From Octopus sinensis (lineage: Eukaryota), in assembly GCF_006345805.1 (NCBI RefSeq), contig NC_043001.1, positions 89,528,001 through 89,592,000 of the forward strand: a stretch of 64,000 bases of DNA. Reading direction: 5' to 3'. This document shows, piece by piece, positions 22,291 through 35,300 of this stretch. The translations under genes and the position numbers were made by a program. The notes below the pieces were generated by a model. The model was not told the origin of the DNA. It made no database searches and worked only from the letters and a program-made list of their open reading frames with translations. Position 1 is the stretch's first letter, and every line of letters begins with the position of its first letter.

Positions 22291-23766
22291 CTGTTTAGTA
22301 TAAATTTACAGATGGTTCTATGTGTATGTATATACAAACTATGTACACACACACACACACACATTCACTCTTCTATATGAATCATAACATACAGGATTCC
22401 CACTTTGTCTACAAACATTCCACAAAAACAGATAAATACACACTGACTCTGACACTAGCACTTGCATATCAACTCTAACAGCAGCACAACCACACATACA
22501 AACTAATTCTTTTGCACACATACATAGGTTCTAACATATATATTCATATACCCTTAAAGTAACACCAGTATACACATATATATATTATACATGTTAACAC
22601 ACATTGTAATCCTTAGATATAATTGCATCAGCATATCAGTAGTTTGGAGAGGTGTAGATGACTGGGAAGTAGAGGTACATTGGTGGTTAGCTGAGATTGT
22701 AATGAGGGCATGAGTTTTAGTTGAGTTATTTTATTGCAGCTATGTTCCCTATGTTTTCTGAGAGGTTAGTTACTAAGCTAATTTATCCTGGGACATTACT
22801 ACAGTGAAAGTTTTGGTGTTGACCCAGCTATAGTATCTTCTAACTCTTTGTTGTAAAGTGCCTAAGAGAAAGATAGGGAGAGATATTGAGTATGTGAAAG
22901 AGAAAGAGTGTGTAAGTGTTTGATGTGTTTTATGTGTGTGAAAGAGAGAGGCAGGAAGAGCAATAGACTTTGCTTTCTCGTTCCAAAACCAGCCTTCATC
23001 TAGCCATCAATGCTTTCATTTTCAAGAAGCAGTTTGACCATTGCCTAATTAAGATAACACATCCTCTAACCAATCACTTGACCTCTATAGTACTTGAAGA
23101 CAGTTAACTGGCTGGATATTGTTCATAGCTATTCAGACTATCTTTGTTTATAGGAGACCAAAACCTTCTTCCTAGGTATGTTCCTTCACATCTTTCATAC
23201 AACTAAATCCCATAATCTACAAAACACCTATGTGAAGCAGTACAAAGAATACAGTCTGTAATTCCTTGATAAAGTAACCAACCACAGTCAGCTAAGATTT
23301 TAATGGACACCACAACACAGATAAAACAACCCCCATAAAATCAAAAGAAGCTGTTAAGCATTACAGTTTGAAAACTTTCTTCCCACCTAAATTTCAGCCA
23401 GAATTTGTGGTCTGGTGTTAAGCTGGCTTGTAATAGCCATACAGAATATTCTGCTCCTACCCTCCATAGCTCACTTAACCCTTTTGTTAACATATTGTAG
23501 TGTGATGGAAGAAAAGGACAACAGAAAAAGAAGCAAACGGGAGAAAGAAATACAAAAGGCCTTACCTGTTGACCTCGGCGGAATGAGTGGTCATTCTCAC
23601 GAAATAGACACGTCTTTTCTCCCTGCTCGAACTGCCCACACGTGCTTCCTGCCCATGCATGCCTCTTTCACTCTTCCGCCGGCCCCTGCAGTCTTCACTC
23701 TCTTTTTGCCTCATCTACCATCCTCTCCACCAACACCACATAGCTCATCACAGCCCATAACACCGC

Positions 23767-26523
23767 TGTAGCAATATCGTCTCTCATTGCTATCTTCACT
23801 GTTTGAGAAGAGTATTAAGAATGACCTCGGTCGAGATTACAAACAGCTTTGGCTAGTTTAACATTGTTGTAAACACTAATTCGATGGCTGACACGTTGGT
23901 CTCTACTACGCTCGCACCGCTGGTTATAACTTGGCGCAAAATGTCTCGACTTATTTTCGCGCCATAGTCCAAGCAGCCAATCACAGCTTTCCATTTCTGA
24001 AGTTCACTGGGAGCCTGGTGAAGCTTATAAAACAAGGTTTCTCAGAAAAAATATTCGTCTTAGGTTTCCAGTCCTTCTCAGGGCGAACCTCTGACCACAC
24101 AGAGCTCGTCTTAGGTTTCCAGTCCTTCTCAGGGCGAACCTCTGACCACACAGAGCTCGTCGTAGGCTTTTAGTTCTTTTAAGAACTAAGTCTCTGACCA
24201 CACAGAGAATACTCGACCAAGTTCCAGTTTCGAGGCAAGCGACCACCATTAATACAAGATGTTACAGATACCTCTCATACTGTTAGTGTGAAAAATCACC
24301 ATGAAGAAAACGGTTACAAGATATCTATAACTAGAGAAACATAACCAAGCAGAACATATAATGAAGAAGCAGCAAGAACCAATCGACAAACATCGAAGAT
24401 TTAAATGTACACGAGACAACTACAGATTCAACTATAGCGGTTAGGTGAAATTCTCACCACGAAGAAAACGGCTACAGAAACATGTCTGGAAGTATATTCA
24501 GATCAAGAGAAAGATAAACACAACGAGTGGTTCAATTAGTCTCAACTGCGACACGCAATATCTTGATATGGAAGTCTGACGCTGTACCTCATAAACGGTA
24601 AATCAATTCACTGTTCTTGGGTTCTAGTTTCTTCTAAGAACTACCTTAAGCCATCTGTTATTACCTGTTGCCAAGCCGATACCAACAACATTAACTGTGA
24701 ATCAAATCCCAACGTCATTTCACTGGTCAGTACCTTTTTACGCCTAACGAACACACAGACACAAAAACATGCGAACACTTACAAACTTCCAACATCAAAC
24801 ATGATTGTAAAATATGTAAAATAAATAATGTATATATATTAAAAAGAAATCTTGTTGTCATTCCAAACTTATGTGTATTGCCGCTGCATGTAAAATATAG
24901 TCAGTAAAACATATTAATAAGAATAGGATCATTACTATTTTTATACTGGTGACCCCTTTAATACGCAGGACTTCTGATATACTGCGCGGCCAACGGTAGA
25001 CATAAGTTACGGAATTGACACAAGAGAACGCTGAAGGATGAACTTTTTAAGAAAAACAAAAAAAAAGAGATATATATATATATAATAATGTCAATTTTAT
25101 CGCCGTTTTGTCGTAGACAAATTATAAGAATCGGGTCAGTACCTATTTTTATACTGGTGACCCCTTTAATACGCAGGACTTCTGATATACTGCGCGGCCA
25201 ACGGTAGACATAAGTTACGGAATTGACACAAGAGAACGCTGAAAGGTGAACTTTTTAAGAAAAACAAAAAAAATAGATATATATAATAATGTCAATTTTA
25301 TCGCCGTTTTGTCGTAGACAAAACGTCTGGCAAGAGGCTATATGTAGCAATATCGTCTCTCATTGCTATCTTCACTGTTTGAGAAGAGTATTAAGAATGA
25401 CCTCGGTCGAGATTACAAACAGCTTTGGCTAGTTTAACATTGTTGTAAACACTAATTCGATTGGCTGACACGTTGGTCTCTACTACGCTCGCACCGCTGG
25501 TTATAACTTGGCGCAAAATGTCTCGACTTATTTTCGCGCCATAGTCCAAGCAGCCAATCACAGCTTTCCATTTCTGAAGTTCACTGGGAGCCTGGTGAAG
25601 CTTATAAAACAAGGTTTCTCAGAAAAAATATTCGTCTTAGGTTTCCAGTCCTTCTCAGGGCGAACCTCTGACCACACAGAGCTCGTCTTAGGTTTCCAGT
25701 CCTTCTCAGGGCGAACCTCTGACCACACAGAGCTCGTCGTAGGCTTTTAGTTCTTTTAAGAACTAAGTCTCTGACCACACAGAGAATACTCGACCAAGTT
25801 CCAGTTTCGAGGCAAGCGACCACCATTAATACAAGATGTTACAGATACCTCTCATACTGTTAGTGTGAAAAATCACCATGAAGAAAACGGTTACAAGATA
25901 TCTATAACTAGAGAAACATAACCAAGCAGAACATATAATGAAGAAGCAGCAAGAACCAATCGACAAACATCGAAGATTTAAATTGTACACGAGACAACTA
26001 CAGATTCAACTATAGCGGTTAGGTGAAATTCTCACCACGAAGAAAACGGCTACAGAAACATGTCTGGAAGTATATTCAGATCAAGAGAAAGATAAACACA
26101 ACGAGTGGTTCAATTAGTCTCAACTGCGACACGCAATATCTTGATATGGAAGTCTGACGCTGTACCTCATAAACGGTAAATCAATTCACTGTTCTTGGGT
26201 TCTAGTTTCTTCTAAGAACTACCTTAAGCCATCTGTTATTACCTGTTGCCAAGCCGATACCAACAACATTAACTGTGAATCAAATCCCAACGTCATTTCA
26301 CTGGTCAGTACCTTTTTACGCCTAACGAACACACAGACACAAAAACATGCGAACACTTACAAACTTCCAACATCAAACATGATTGTAAAATATGTAAAAT
26401 AAATAATGTATATATATTAAAAAGAAATCTTGTTGTCATTCCAAACTTATGTGTATTGCCGCTGCATGTAAAATATAGTCAGTAAAACATATTAATAAGA
26501 ATAGGATCATTACTATTTTTATA
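23767..26523 (+). mobile_element. Non-autonomous LTR retroelement: LTRs 23767-24945 and 25343-26523, ~400-bp non-coding interior
   Basis: Near-identical 1.18-kb direct repeats starting TGTAG; target duplication CCGC at 23763-23766 and 26524-26527; PBS TGGTGACCCC right after the 5' LTR; CCAAT, TATA-like and AATAAA motifs inside the LTR. Confidence 0.85.
24947..24956 (+). promoter_or_regulatory. Primer-binding site, tRNA-Trp type
   Basis: TGGTGACCCC is complementary to the 3' end of eukaryotic tRNA-Trp (...GGGGUCACCA). It is repeated near 25156. Confidence 0.7.
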
Positions 26524-26828
26524 CCGCTAACACCACACATATTTAGGTTGAAATATAGTGTTTGTTTCAGTTAACGAGCATTTTATTAAAATAACTTTGT
26601 CATTACTAAAATGGTAGTTTGGAATATAAATTAGCATGGGATTTTGATGGACGGTTTTAAAAGTGGATCACTTTAAAAAGGCATTTGTATCATAAAAACA
26701 AAAGCAGTTCTAGGTAGGTCAGTGTCAAAAGTGCTTGACTAATGACATTCCTCTTAAAATAGCATCCACATTAGTTGCTGGTTTTTGCTTATATATCCAC
26801 TTTACATACATACAAACAATGTTTGTAA

Positions 26829-27180
26829 CCCAGTGGTCAGGGCAGCGGACCCGCGGTTTCGATTCCCAGACCGGGCGTTGTGAGTGTTTATTGAGCGAAG
26901 ACACCTAAAGCTCCACGAGGCTCCGGCAGGGGATGGTGGTGATCTCTGCTGTACTCTTTCACCACAACTCTCTCTCTCTTACTTCCTGTTTCTGTTGTAC
27001 CTGTATTTCAAAGGGCCGGCCTTGTCACTCTCTGTGTCACGTTGAATATCCCCGAGAACTACGTTAAGGGTACACGTGTCTGTGGAGTGCTCAGCCACTT
27101 ACACGTTAATTTCACGAGCAGGCTGTTCCGTTGATCGGATCAACCGGAACCCTCGTCGTCGTAACCGACGGAGTGCTTCC
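26829..27180 (+). mobile_element. tRNA-derived SINE (same family as 1365)
   Basis: gtggtcagggcagcggac...gtttcgattcccagaccgggcgttg head, with a complete body. Confidence 0.8.
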
Positions 27181-27577
27181 CAGATACAAACAACTTATTC
27201 AAAGTTACTTCTTCATTCCACCTTATCACTACCATGTACACAGTTTGCAAAATGTGAAAATTCCTATAATTACTCTATTCCAACAAATCAAATAGTTTTT
27301 GAAAGTGTCTTTTCCACCAACCTCAGATAATGCACTCCAGAAATAGTCCTTATTTTCACAAAGCACTTAAATGTCATTTATGTCAACATACACATATTTA
27401 TAAACACACACAGCTCCAATAAAAGTTTCAGCTCACCTTTAATTGTGAATTGGCAAATTTCACAGAATGTACCTGGAAAAATATTTTAAAATGCAATGAG
27501 AAGTAAAACAGTTATAAATTAATTTTGGAATTCAATAAAATTATCAAAGTTTCTAATAAATAGTGATTGACTAGTCG

Positions 27578-27580
<3 letters not shown>

Positions 27581-27617
<37 letters not shown>
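27581..27617. repeat. (AG)n microsatellite
   Basis: Directly visible. Confidence 0.95.
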
Positions 27618-27619
<2 letters not shown>

Positions 27620-28576
27620 AGTAGTCTTTGACTGCTGGACAAAATGTTGCCTCAACTGTGTAGATAGTAGGAGTGGTCATATGCGGATATTCAGCGGAAT
27701 AACACGGTATGGCTGTAAAGGGAGTAAACCTTGATAAACTTAAAGGAAATTGATGAGATATGGAATGATAGGCTTACTGCATAACGAAAAAAAAAAAAAA
27801 AAAAAGGTGGGGTTATTGAAGTTAGAGTATGAACTAAAAAAAAAAAGGTGTCGTTTTAATAAATTTCTGTTCGAAAGAATTTGCATTGTTCATCAAGTTT
27901 ACATATACTCCAATTATGATCCGAAAATCTGTGACCGAGAAGGAATAGATCCTCAGAAATAATCATTGATAGAGAAAAAATGTCTTATTTGAGTTCCTCC
28001 CTGTGGTTTCTCTCCCTGTGTCTTTGCCTCGAAGGGTTTTGTTGAATAAATCAACCCCAGGGCTTATTTTTTTAAGTTGCTCTGATTACATCTCCCATCA
28101 TTTAATGGCTCAGTAGTAGGAAAAGAAACACACACGCATGATGGGCTTACAAGTTTTCATCAACCAAATTCATTCACAAAGGCATTGGTCAGCCTCGGGC
28201 TACAGCAAAAGATACCTATCCAAGGTATCACATAGCAGGATTGAACCCGAAACCATGTGGTTGTGAAGCAAACTTCTGAACCACACAGCCATGCCAGCAC
28301 CTATGTATGCATAAAAACTCTACAAAATGCACTAACTATATATACAACACACAATTAAGTAAACTAGGTAAACGACATACTCTTAACTGTATATGAATTA
28401 ACTGCTAATTTTTCAATTTAAAATGTACATTAGACATTATAAGAACTGGTTAGTTTACTCTTTCCTGATTCAGGCTGGTGCTTATAATGTCTATAATATC
28501 ACACAATTACTTGTTTTAACTATATAAAATACACAACACTCAGAGCCGATCACTAATTAAAATCAATAAAACTTAC

Positions 28577-28619
28577 TTGACTTGTTGACAGACTTCACAT
28601 CGTCAGTATCAGCTAAGGC
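28577..28619 (-). CDS. Uncharacterised gene, small exon (ALADTDDVKSVNKS)
   Basis: Acceptor tgtgttgtgtccag, donor gtaagt, 43 nt, phase 0 to 1, matches the 22290 exon. Confidence 0.65.
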
Positions 28620-28696
28620 CTGGACACAACACATAACAGTTAAAATGGTGAAACATGTTTTAATATCCATCATACTAACACTGTATTCCTATTTAC

Positions 28697-28752
28697 CTTA
28701 CACTGTACACACCCTCGTGTAGAGTGATGTCGTGCCTTTGCAGTATAGTGTG
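28697..28752 (-). CDS. Uncharacterised gene, candidate exon (HYTAKARHHSTRGCVQCK)
   Basis: ttatag acceptor, AAG|gtaaat donor, 56 nt, phase 1 to 0, followed by a 77-nt intron. Confidence 0.45.
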
Positions 28753-29419
28753 CTATAACTGTGGTCTGTTATGGTAGAGATCAATGTTACTTTGTTTTGA
28801 AATGTGTAGTGTTGTAATATGAAACAGTTCACTACATTACCTATCTAACTGATATCTTCTTCGCCAGATAACCATCAGGAAATGACCACCTAGCTTAACT
28901 GTTATGCATTCTTCTGTGTAACTACATACGAGTATACACGTCTGTAACTGTGTGTGTAGGTCTAATTAGGAATATATGTACGAAAGTATATGTTTGTACA
29001 CGTCTGGATGTGTGTACATATTGCTAAAGTGTAGCGTTTGAGGGATTTTTGTGTGTGTATATGTGTGGTTTAAAAAGTACAGTTTAACTCACACTTGTGT
29101 GTCTGAATCTGTAATAGTTTCAGCCCGGGGGTGAGGGGTGGGAAAAAACCTAAGATTGTTGTTGCTGTCAGTGTTGTGTGTTATAGTTGCATAAGTTGCC
29201 ATTGCTTATTGTTGTCAATAAACAATGTATGCATTGTACAAAAAAAAAGACACCTTGATTATATAATTAACTAATTAGTGCAACAATATCAGGTAGATCC
29301 TCCACCTCAACCACACTACTTTCAACAGCCCTACACAGTGCCATGTCATCTCGAGTCTGGACCAGTTCCACATATACAATAGAACATCTTTTTAGACTTA
29401 GTTAATCTGATAGACTTAC

Positions 29420-29474
29420 TCGCTACTTCATATATCACTGCTTCGTTTCCTTTTGTCCTTTCTTTTGATCTCAT
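29420..29474 (-). CDS. Uncharacterised gene, candidate first coding exon (MRSKERTKGNEAVIYEVA)
   Basis: ATG at 29474 and donor gtaagt give phase 1. Alternative models, for example using 28841-28913, are possible. Confidence 0.3.
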
Positions 29475-29840
29475 TTAACCTGCCTTTAAGAGTTTGGTTA
29501 TTTCATTTGTTACTCATAGAGTAACCATTTCCCCTTTTGTCATTATCACCATGACGACCATTCACTTCATGTGGTTAAACAATTTTTCGTTTGTAAGGAG
29601 TAACTTAAAGTAAGGCGGTGGGAATATGATAATATATATCTGTTCGGTAATCCTTCACTTTTATCACAAAGTGATAATTTCCCTACTCATTTCCTCAACG
29701 AAAAAAAAAAAGAAAAAGAAAAAAAGTTCAAAATGGGAATCTTTTCTGTTTGGCTGCCAAGATTTCAAAAATCAAAGTTTATTGAAAATTTTAAAATTTA
29801 GTACATTAATGTAATTTTCCAAGCCAAATTGCTGGAGATA

Positions 29841-31230
29841 CCGTGTTTCCCCGAAAATAAGCCCAACCATAATTTTTCAAGATGTTTTTAATATAAGCCC
29901 TACCCCGAAAAAATGCATCAGCTTGTTAGCATGACCATGAGATGTTTGCAAAATAAACCAAATACACAGCTTGGCTAAAGTCTGCGCTAAGTGCGCATGC
30001 GCGGAATTGACTCCCTTGTCCCCAAGGCAAGATGAGAGCAAAAAGAAAGAGTTATTCCGTGGAGTACAAGAAAGGAATTGTGAAAGAGTCACATAACAAG
30101 AATCTTACGGTTGTCTTTAAGAAGAAGATGTTGGATCTCCGAATGGTTCGAAAATGGCTACCAGAGTACGATAACCTCAGCAGACAGGTGGACGAGGGAA
30201 GTGTGGATCAGGTCGACAACCGTTATTTTCGGAGCTGGAAAGTATCACGTCGGGATGGATTTTTGACAGAAGAACAAAGGCTTTGGTTGTACGCAGGACT
30301 GATATTCAAGAATTTGCTCTTGCAATGACACCACAGAGATATTCAAAGCATCACCTCATTGGCTGGATAACTTCCTTCGGCGATACGAGCTCTCTCTAAG
30401 AAGATCGACATCACTGTTCAAGCTGGAGGATGCTGAAATGATTCAACGTGCACTCAAGGACTTGCATTCAAGTCTTTCGTTGATGCCATCGACTTTTCTA
30501 TTTACAGTCTCCCCAATATAATTGCTATGGTTGAGACTGCAGTATTTAAGGACCAAGGATCTAACGACAATTGAACAGACAGGTGTCTCGCCAATCTACG
30601 TTGCCTCAACGGGTTACGAAAGTGCAAGAGTTACCTGTATTTTAGCAATTCGTCTTGGAACAAAAGTCCTACCACTTATCATTACAAAGGACAAAAAAGA
30701 GAAAATAGAACGAGTTTTGGGCATTTATGTCCTTGAAACGGAAAAGGCTTGGTGCACACAAGTGTTATAAGAAAATGGGTTGATTTAACTATGCCTCTTG
30801 TTGTACGTGATTCTCAAAGAGGTCTTTTAGTTTGGAATTCAGCCAGTACACTTCCTTTCTGAAAGTTGACCACATAATGATTCCCGCAAGAATGTCTTTA
30901 TATCTACAAACAGTAGATCTTGTAATAAACAAACCCTTCAAAGATTATTTGCGGATGGAAGTGAATGAAGATATCGAACACAGAATGCAGAGAAATCAGC
31001 GTGGAAACATTGTCAAACCCAACCTTTAAGAAGCCGTGAATTGGGTGAAGAATTCATGGAATAAAATTACCGACAATGCACTACGAGCAGGGTACTTGGA
31101 CAAAAATAGTTCATTTAAGTAAAGTTATATTTCCAAACATGAGAGATTGGGGTCCATGATTCTACAGGAAATGGATTTGCAAAAAGTTCGGGGTTTGATG
31201 ATTCGTGACAATATTCCAGGAGAGGACGAA
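29841..31230 (+). pseudogene. pogo-family DNA transposon fossil (CENP-B-type HTH plus DDE_1 transposase)
   Basis: TA|CCGTGTTTCCCCGAAAATAAGCCC left end; frame-shifted pieces RKSYSVEYK, WLDNFLRRYELSLRRST, STGYESARVTCILA, LPLII, IPARMSLYLQTVDLVINKPFKDYLR. Right TIR not found. Confidence 0.85.
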
Positions 31231-32047
31231 ATGTTTGTACTTGACTAAAAACAATAAGCAAATAAGCTTTTACAACTAAAACCATGAGTTTCCTTTTTAA
31301 AATTTTTTCCTTTTACTCAAGGACATGAGACTTTTTTGTCAATGATAAAAAAACAAACAAACAAAACAAAACAATAAAACGAGTAAGCAACACGTATTTT
31401 GTAGTTTAAGCATTCAATATTCATTTAATGCAACAAACAGTACATTACTAATTAAATATTTCTCAAAATAAGAAAGTTGTAGCACAAATTTAATAGATTT
31501 ATCCAAAAACAAAATATCATGTTACAAATTAAATATTTTTGAAAAACAAACATTTCGCTGACCAGTTCATTGAAAACGAAAGTTAGAAATGTATTCGAAC
31601 AATTTCTCGAACAAATCGCAATTTTCATGTCCCCTGCGTCACATAAATTCACACATATATGAATCTACCATAGAGCGATGTGTGCCACAGCGTCATTTAT
31701 TACTTCGCTTTACAGAGGCCCACGTACACTCCATTTGTTGAATATGAGTACCATCTTTCGAGTTTAGAAACCCAACGCTGTGTTTCGCCGCCCTATGCTC
31801 AAAATTGTAACCATCAGTTTCAGGAATGTGAGAGTACGCACCCCACAAATCGCTGAAAATTGTGGTTCCTGGAAAAATCGAGTGACGTATGTATTCCTCC
31901 CGTGTGACACCGTATAAAGGGAAACCTGTCTGGTCTCAACCACTACTCAGGTAGGGCCCTTCCTTGGTTGTACTTACGTCTTGAGAAGACTGTTTCGTCG
32001 AAACAAAATAAAAAGTGGATTGATTATTCTAACACGTCCCCCTAGAC

Positions 32048-32322
32048 AAGTGCTTCTCAAACTATCTGATGTGGCGTACTGGCAGTTTTTTTCCCCCCAA
32101 TGTGCCAGAGACCGGTAATATTCCTTAGTAATATTAATTTATACTGGAAACAATATATATAGTAAATATAATAAAAGTTGACAATTTTTTTAAATCTTAT
32201 ATTTATTTTGTAAACGAATAATACAATATTACATAAGCATTTTATAATGTTTCTTTCTTTTCTGGAAACTCACCGCGTACCGGCAGCTGATAGCTCGCGG
32301 ACCACCACTTTGAGTAGCACTG
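32048..32322. mobile_element. hAT (Charlie-like) MITE
   Basis: 8-bp TSD CCCTAGAC at 32040-32047 and 32323-32330; TIR (a)agtgcttctcaaa/tttgagtagcactg. Confidence 0.85.
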
Positions 32323-35300
32323 CCCTAGACATTGCTGAATAGTGTTAATATTTCCACTGTCAATTTGTGGTCATAAAACAAATGAATGCCATTAATTCAA
32401 TATTTTTGTTTCATTTTTTAATATATCGAACAAACCATAATTTTTTTCATTATACAAGTGTTGCAATTGTATAACAAACAAGTCAGTTAATAAGCGACTT
32501 AAATATCATTTGTTCCAACTATTATTTATAGTATTTGAATAAAAGATGTCCTTTTTTTCATGTGATAGTTTTCCTGTGAGTTTTTTTTCTTGTAAATTTT
32601 TTGTAACCAAAATTTTAGACTTCTTTTCTCGTGACTTTATTATTTTCATTCCCAGTTTAAGGTAATGTTTTTAATGGTGGATAATGTAGCACTAATTAGA
32701 AGGCATTACAGTTAATTTAGTTGTGAGGGTTGATAGACCCGTGACAGCTCTCATCGAACAGATGTATAAGAGGCCTTCTCGACGTGACCATTTCGTTTTT
32801 ATATTTGACAACATTGTTCAACGTGTCATTTTTTCTTTGTAAAGAAGGTAGGGTGTGGTTTGAGGGGGATTTGGATGCTATTTCTAGCAGACCAAGCGAC
32901 TATGCAGAGGCTCCTTTTGTTGAGAACAAAATTAATCGGTTATAGAGCAACAATGAATGTGGAGGGAAACACAACCTAGACCTAGCGAGGAATAGGATGA
33001 GTTTTGGCCGCCTATGCTGTTGCCAGATTGGTTGCCCTCATCTTTAAACGTGACATGTATTCATATTGCCGTCCTATATAGTCAGCACAACATATTGCAT
33101 AACTTCGAGACAGCAGAGTTTTTAACTTAGGAACAGACAGAAGGGGATTTTATATTACAACGATTGATAGTTGGGGAAGGGTACAAAAGAGACATAATCC
33201 TAGTTTTATTATCATTATTTTTAGTTCAAAGGTAGTGAGCTGGTAGAATCATTAGAGCAATCGAAAAAATGCATTGCGACATTTGCTCCCGTTCAGAATT
33301 CAAATCACGCCGAGATCAACTTTTCCTTTCATCTCTCTGGGATCAATAAAATAAAGTACCAAGTTATGTTCTTGCAGTAGATGGTATCGACTACTCTTCT
33401 TTCTCCTCAAATTTTCTCCGTATGTCAAAAATCAGGAACTATTACTATTTATAGTTCAACCCAGATCTTAGAGGTGGCTAAAGTGTGATATAATGGTCGG
33501 TTACAACAATTGGGAAGACAACAAAAAGTACACCAGTAACATGTCACTAGATCATAATAGTAGAGCTAGGCGTAAAATGATAGCCGGTCACGCACAATAA
33601 CGGCGATGACAAAGGAAGTTGTAGTTCTTAACTACAATCAATCTTTCACAGTAGAGCAGATTTGATGTGATAACCGGGAACAATAACCGTGAACACAAAG
33701 TTTGCTATTGCAGAGAGAATATATAAGCTTCAGTCTTTAACAAACACGACATTGTGGATCATACAATCTGTATGGGAATGTCCGCTCGTTTCAAAAGCTT
33801 TTTTCAAATATTTTTGAAATAATTCGTATTTTGGCGATCTTTCAAATTTTGTATATATAAGATGACTGACAAAGTGACACAAACTGTACTGGATAAAAGG
33901 GAAAGATAAGCAACAAAAGATCATTAATAATCGACATTATGTAAAATACATTTGGTTTATTTTATTTTCATCGTTTTTTTAATTGTTAGTAGTAAATTAT
34001 CAAATGCCCTTGTACTCAACTTTGCCTAACGGGATCGATTTAATCAACCAACCCACTTACCATAAAATTACTGGCCTTGTACCAAAACTTGAAACAATAA
34101 TCAGATGGCGATAACAGAACAAAATACTTCGAAGGCATTTCTGGCACTTCATGTTCTGAGTTCAAATTTCATCCAGGTCAACCTTGCCCTTCATCCTTTT
34201 AGCGTCAATAAAATAAAGTACTAGTCAAGAACTGGGACTGATGTAATCGACTAATCTTCTCCCCTCAAAACTGTTGGCCGTGTACCAAAATTTAAAATCA
34301 TTATTAGTAAATTTAAATACGATTTTACAGGATGATATGCCTAATGCATTTGATTGCATACATCCATATGGATGCCAACTCATGTCCGTGTACGACATTT
34401 GGAATGCTGTTAATTTCTTGGTTGTTAGTATGGAAGCTCAGGAAAAAAGAGGATAAACATGGCGTGGGGTTGCTGATGAGTTCCAGAATTACGTAAGCAT
34501 TTTTTAAAGGTTCTTCATGGTTGAGTAGTGCTTTCCCTGGAAAGGGCTGTCTAGTTATTCATGATGTTGAATCTCTCCATCGCTATAGTTTGGAAAACAA
34601 AGCACTTATATTCTAAGCCGCCTACCTATAGATTTGCTACATGCTTCCAGCTATTAGCAACCTCAGTTATAATCGGGTTCAAAGCTTACATGTTCGACTG
34701 CTCTAATTACCTCAGGACTTTTGGTTTGTAGTGTTTACCGAGTTCATGTACATGATATTGATTATAGTGAGTGCAGTGTACAAAAAAAAAATCACTCACT
34801 TTTTAGTTACAACAGCAATTCCTCTTGGTGGCCCGACATTGGCGACCAGAAGCTGAACGATCATCAAGTTTTACCCGAAAGAATACTTTTAGACTGCTGT
34901 CGTAATTATAGAAGCCAAATATTCTCAGGTGGTCTTGTAGCCTGCTCGCTCATTATCACAAGTATTTCTATTTTCCTACGTTTCGTGGAGTTTATCTGTT
35001 CTTTTGCTAGATGTTGCTTTTGTTCTGCTAGGTTTCTAGCAACCCTCTTCACTAGGAAAATCTGGCGAGGAAAGTTATTTTGAAGCCAACGATTTAAGCA
35101 AGCATCAGGACTACATGTTACCAGCCAGTAGCTTATATGAACCGCCTGACGCATACGCCCACATATGCATATATTCATACATCAGTAGTATTAGAGATTA
35201 CTAAAGGGGTTGAGGCACAATGGGTAATATTTACTGCATTTTTTTACTTTGAGAAAAAAAAATTACGAGTATTCACTATCTTACGAAAACTATATCAGCT

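Noticed and set aside
34274-35178. Short ORFs and splice-like sites (34331-34490 plus strand; 34906-35178 minus strand)
   Set aside because: No recognisable domain and no phase-consistent chain to other exons.
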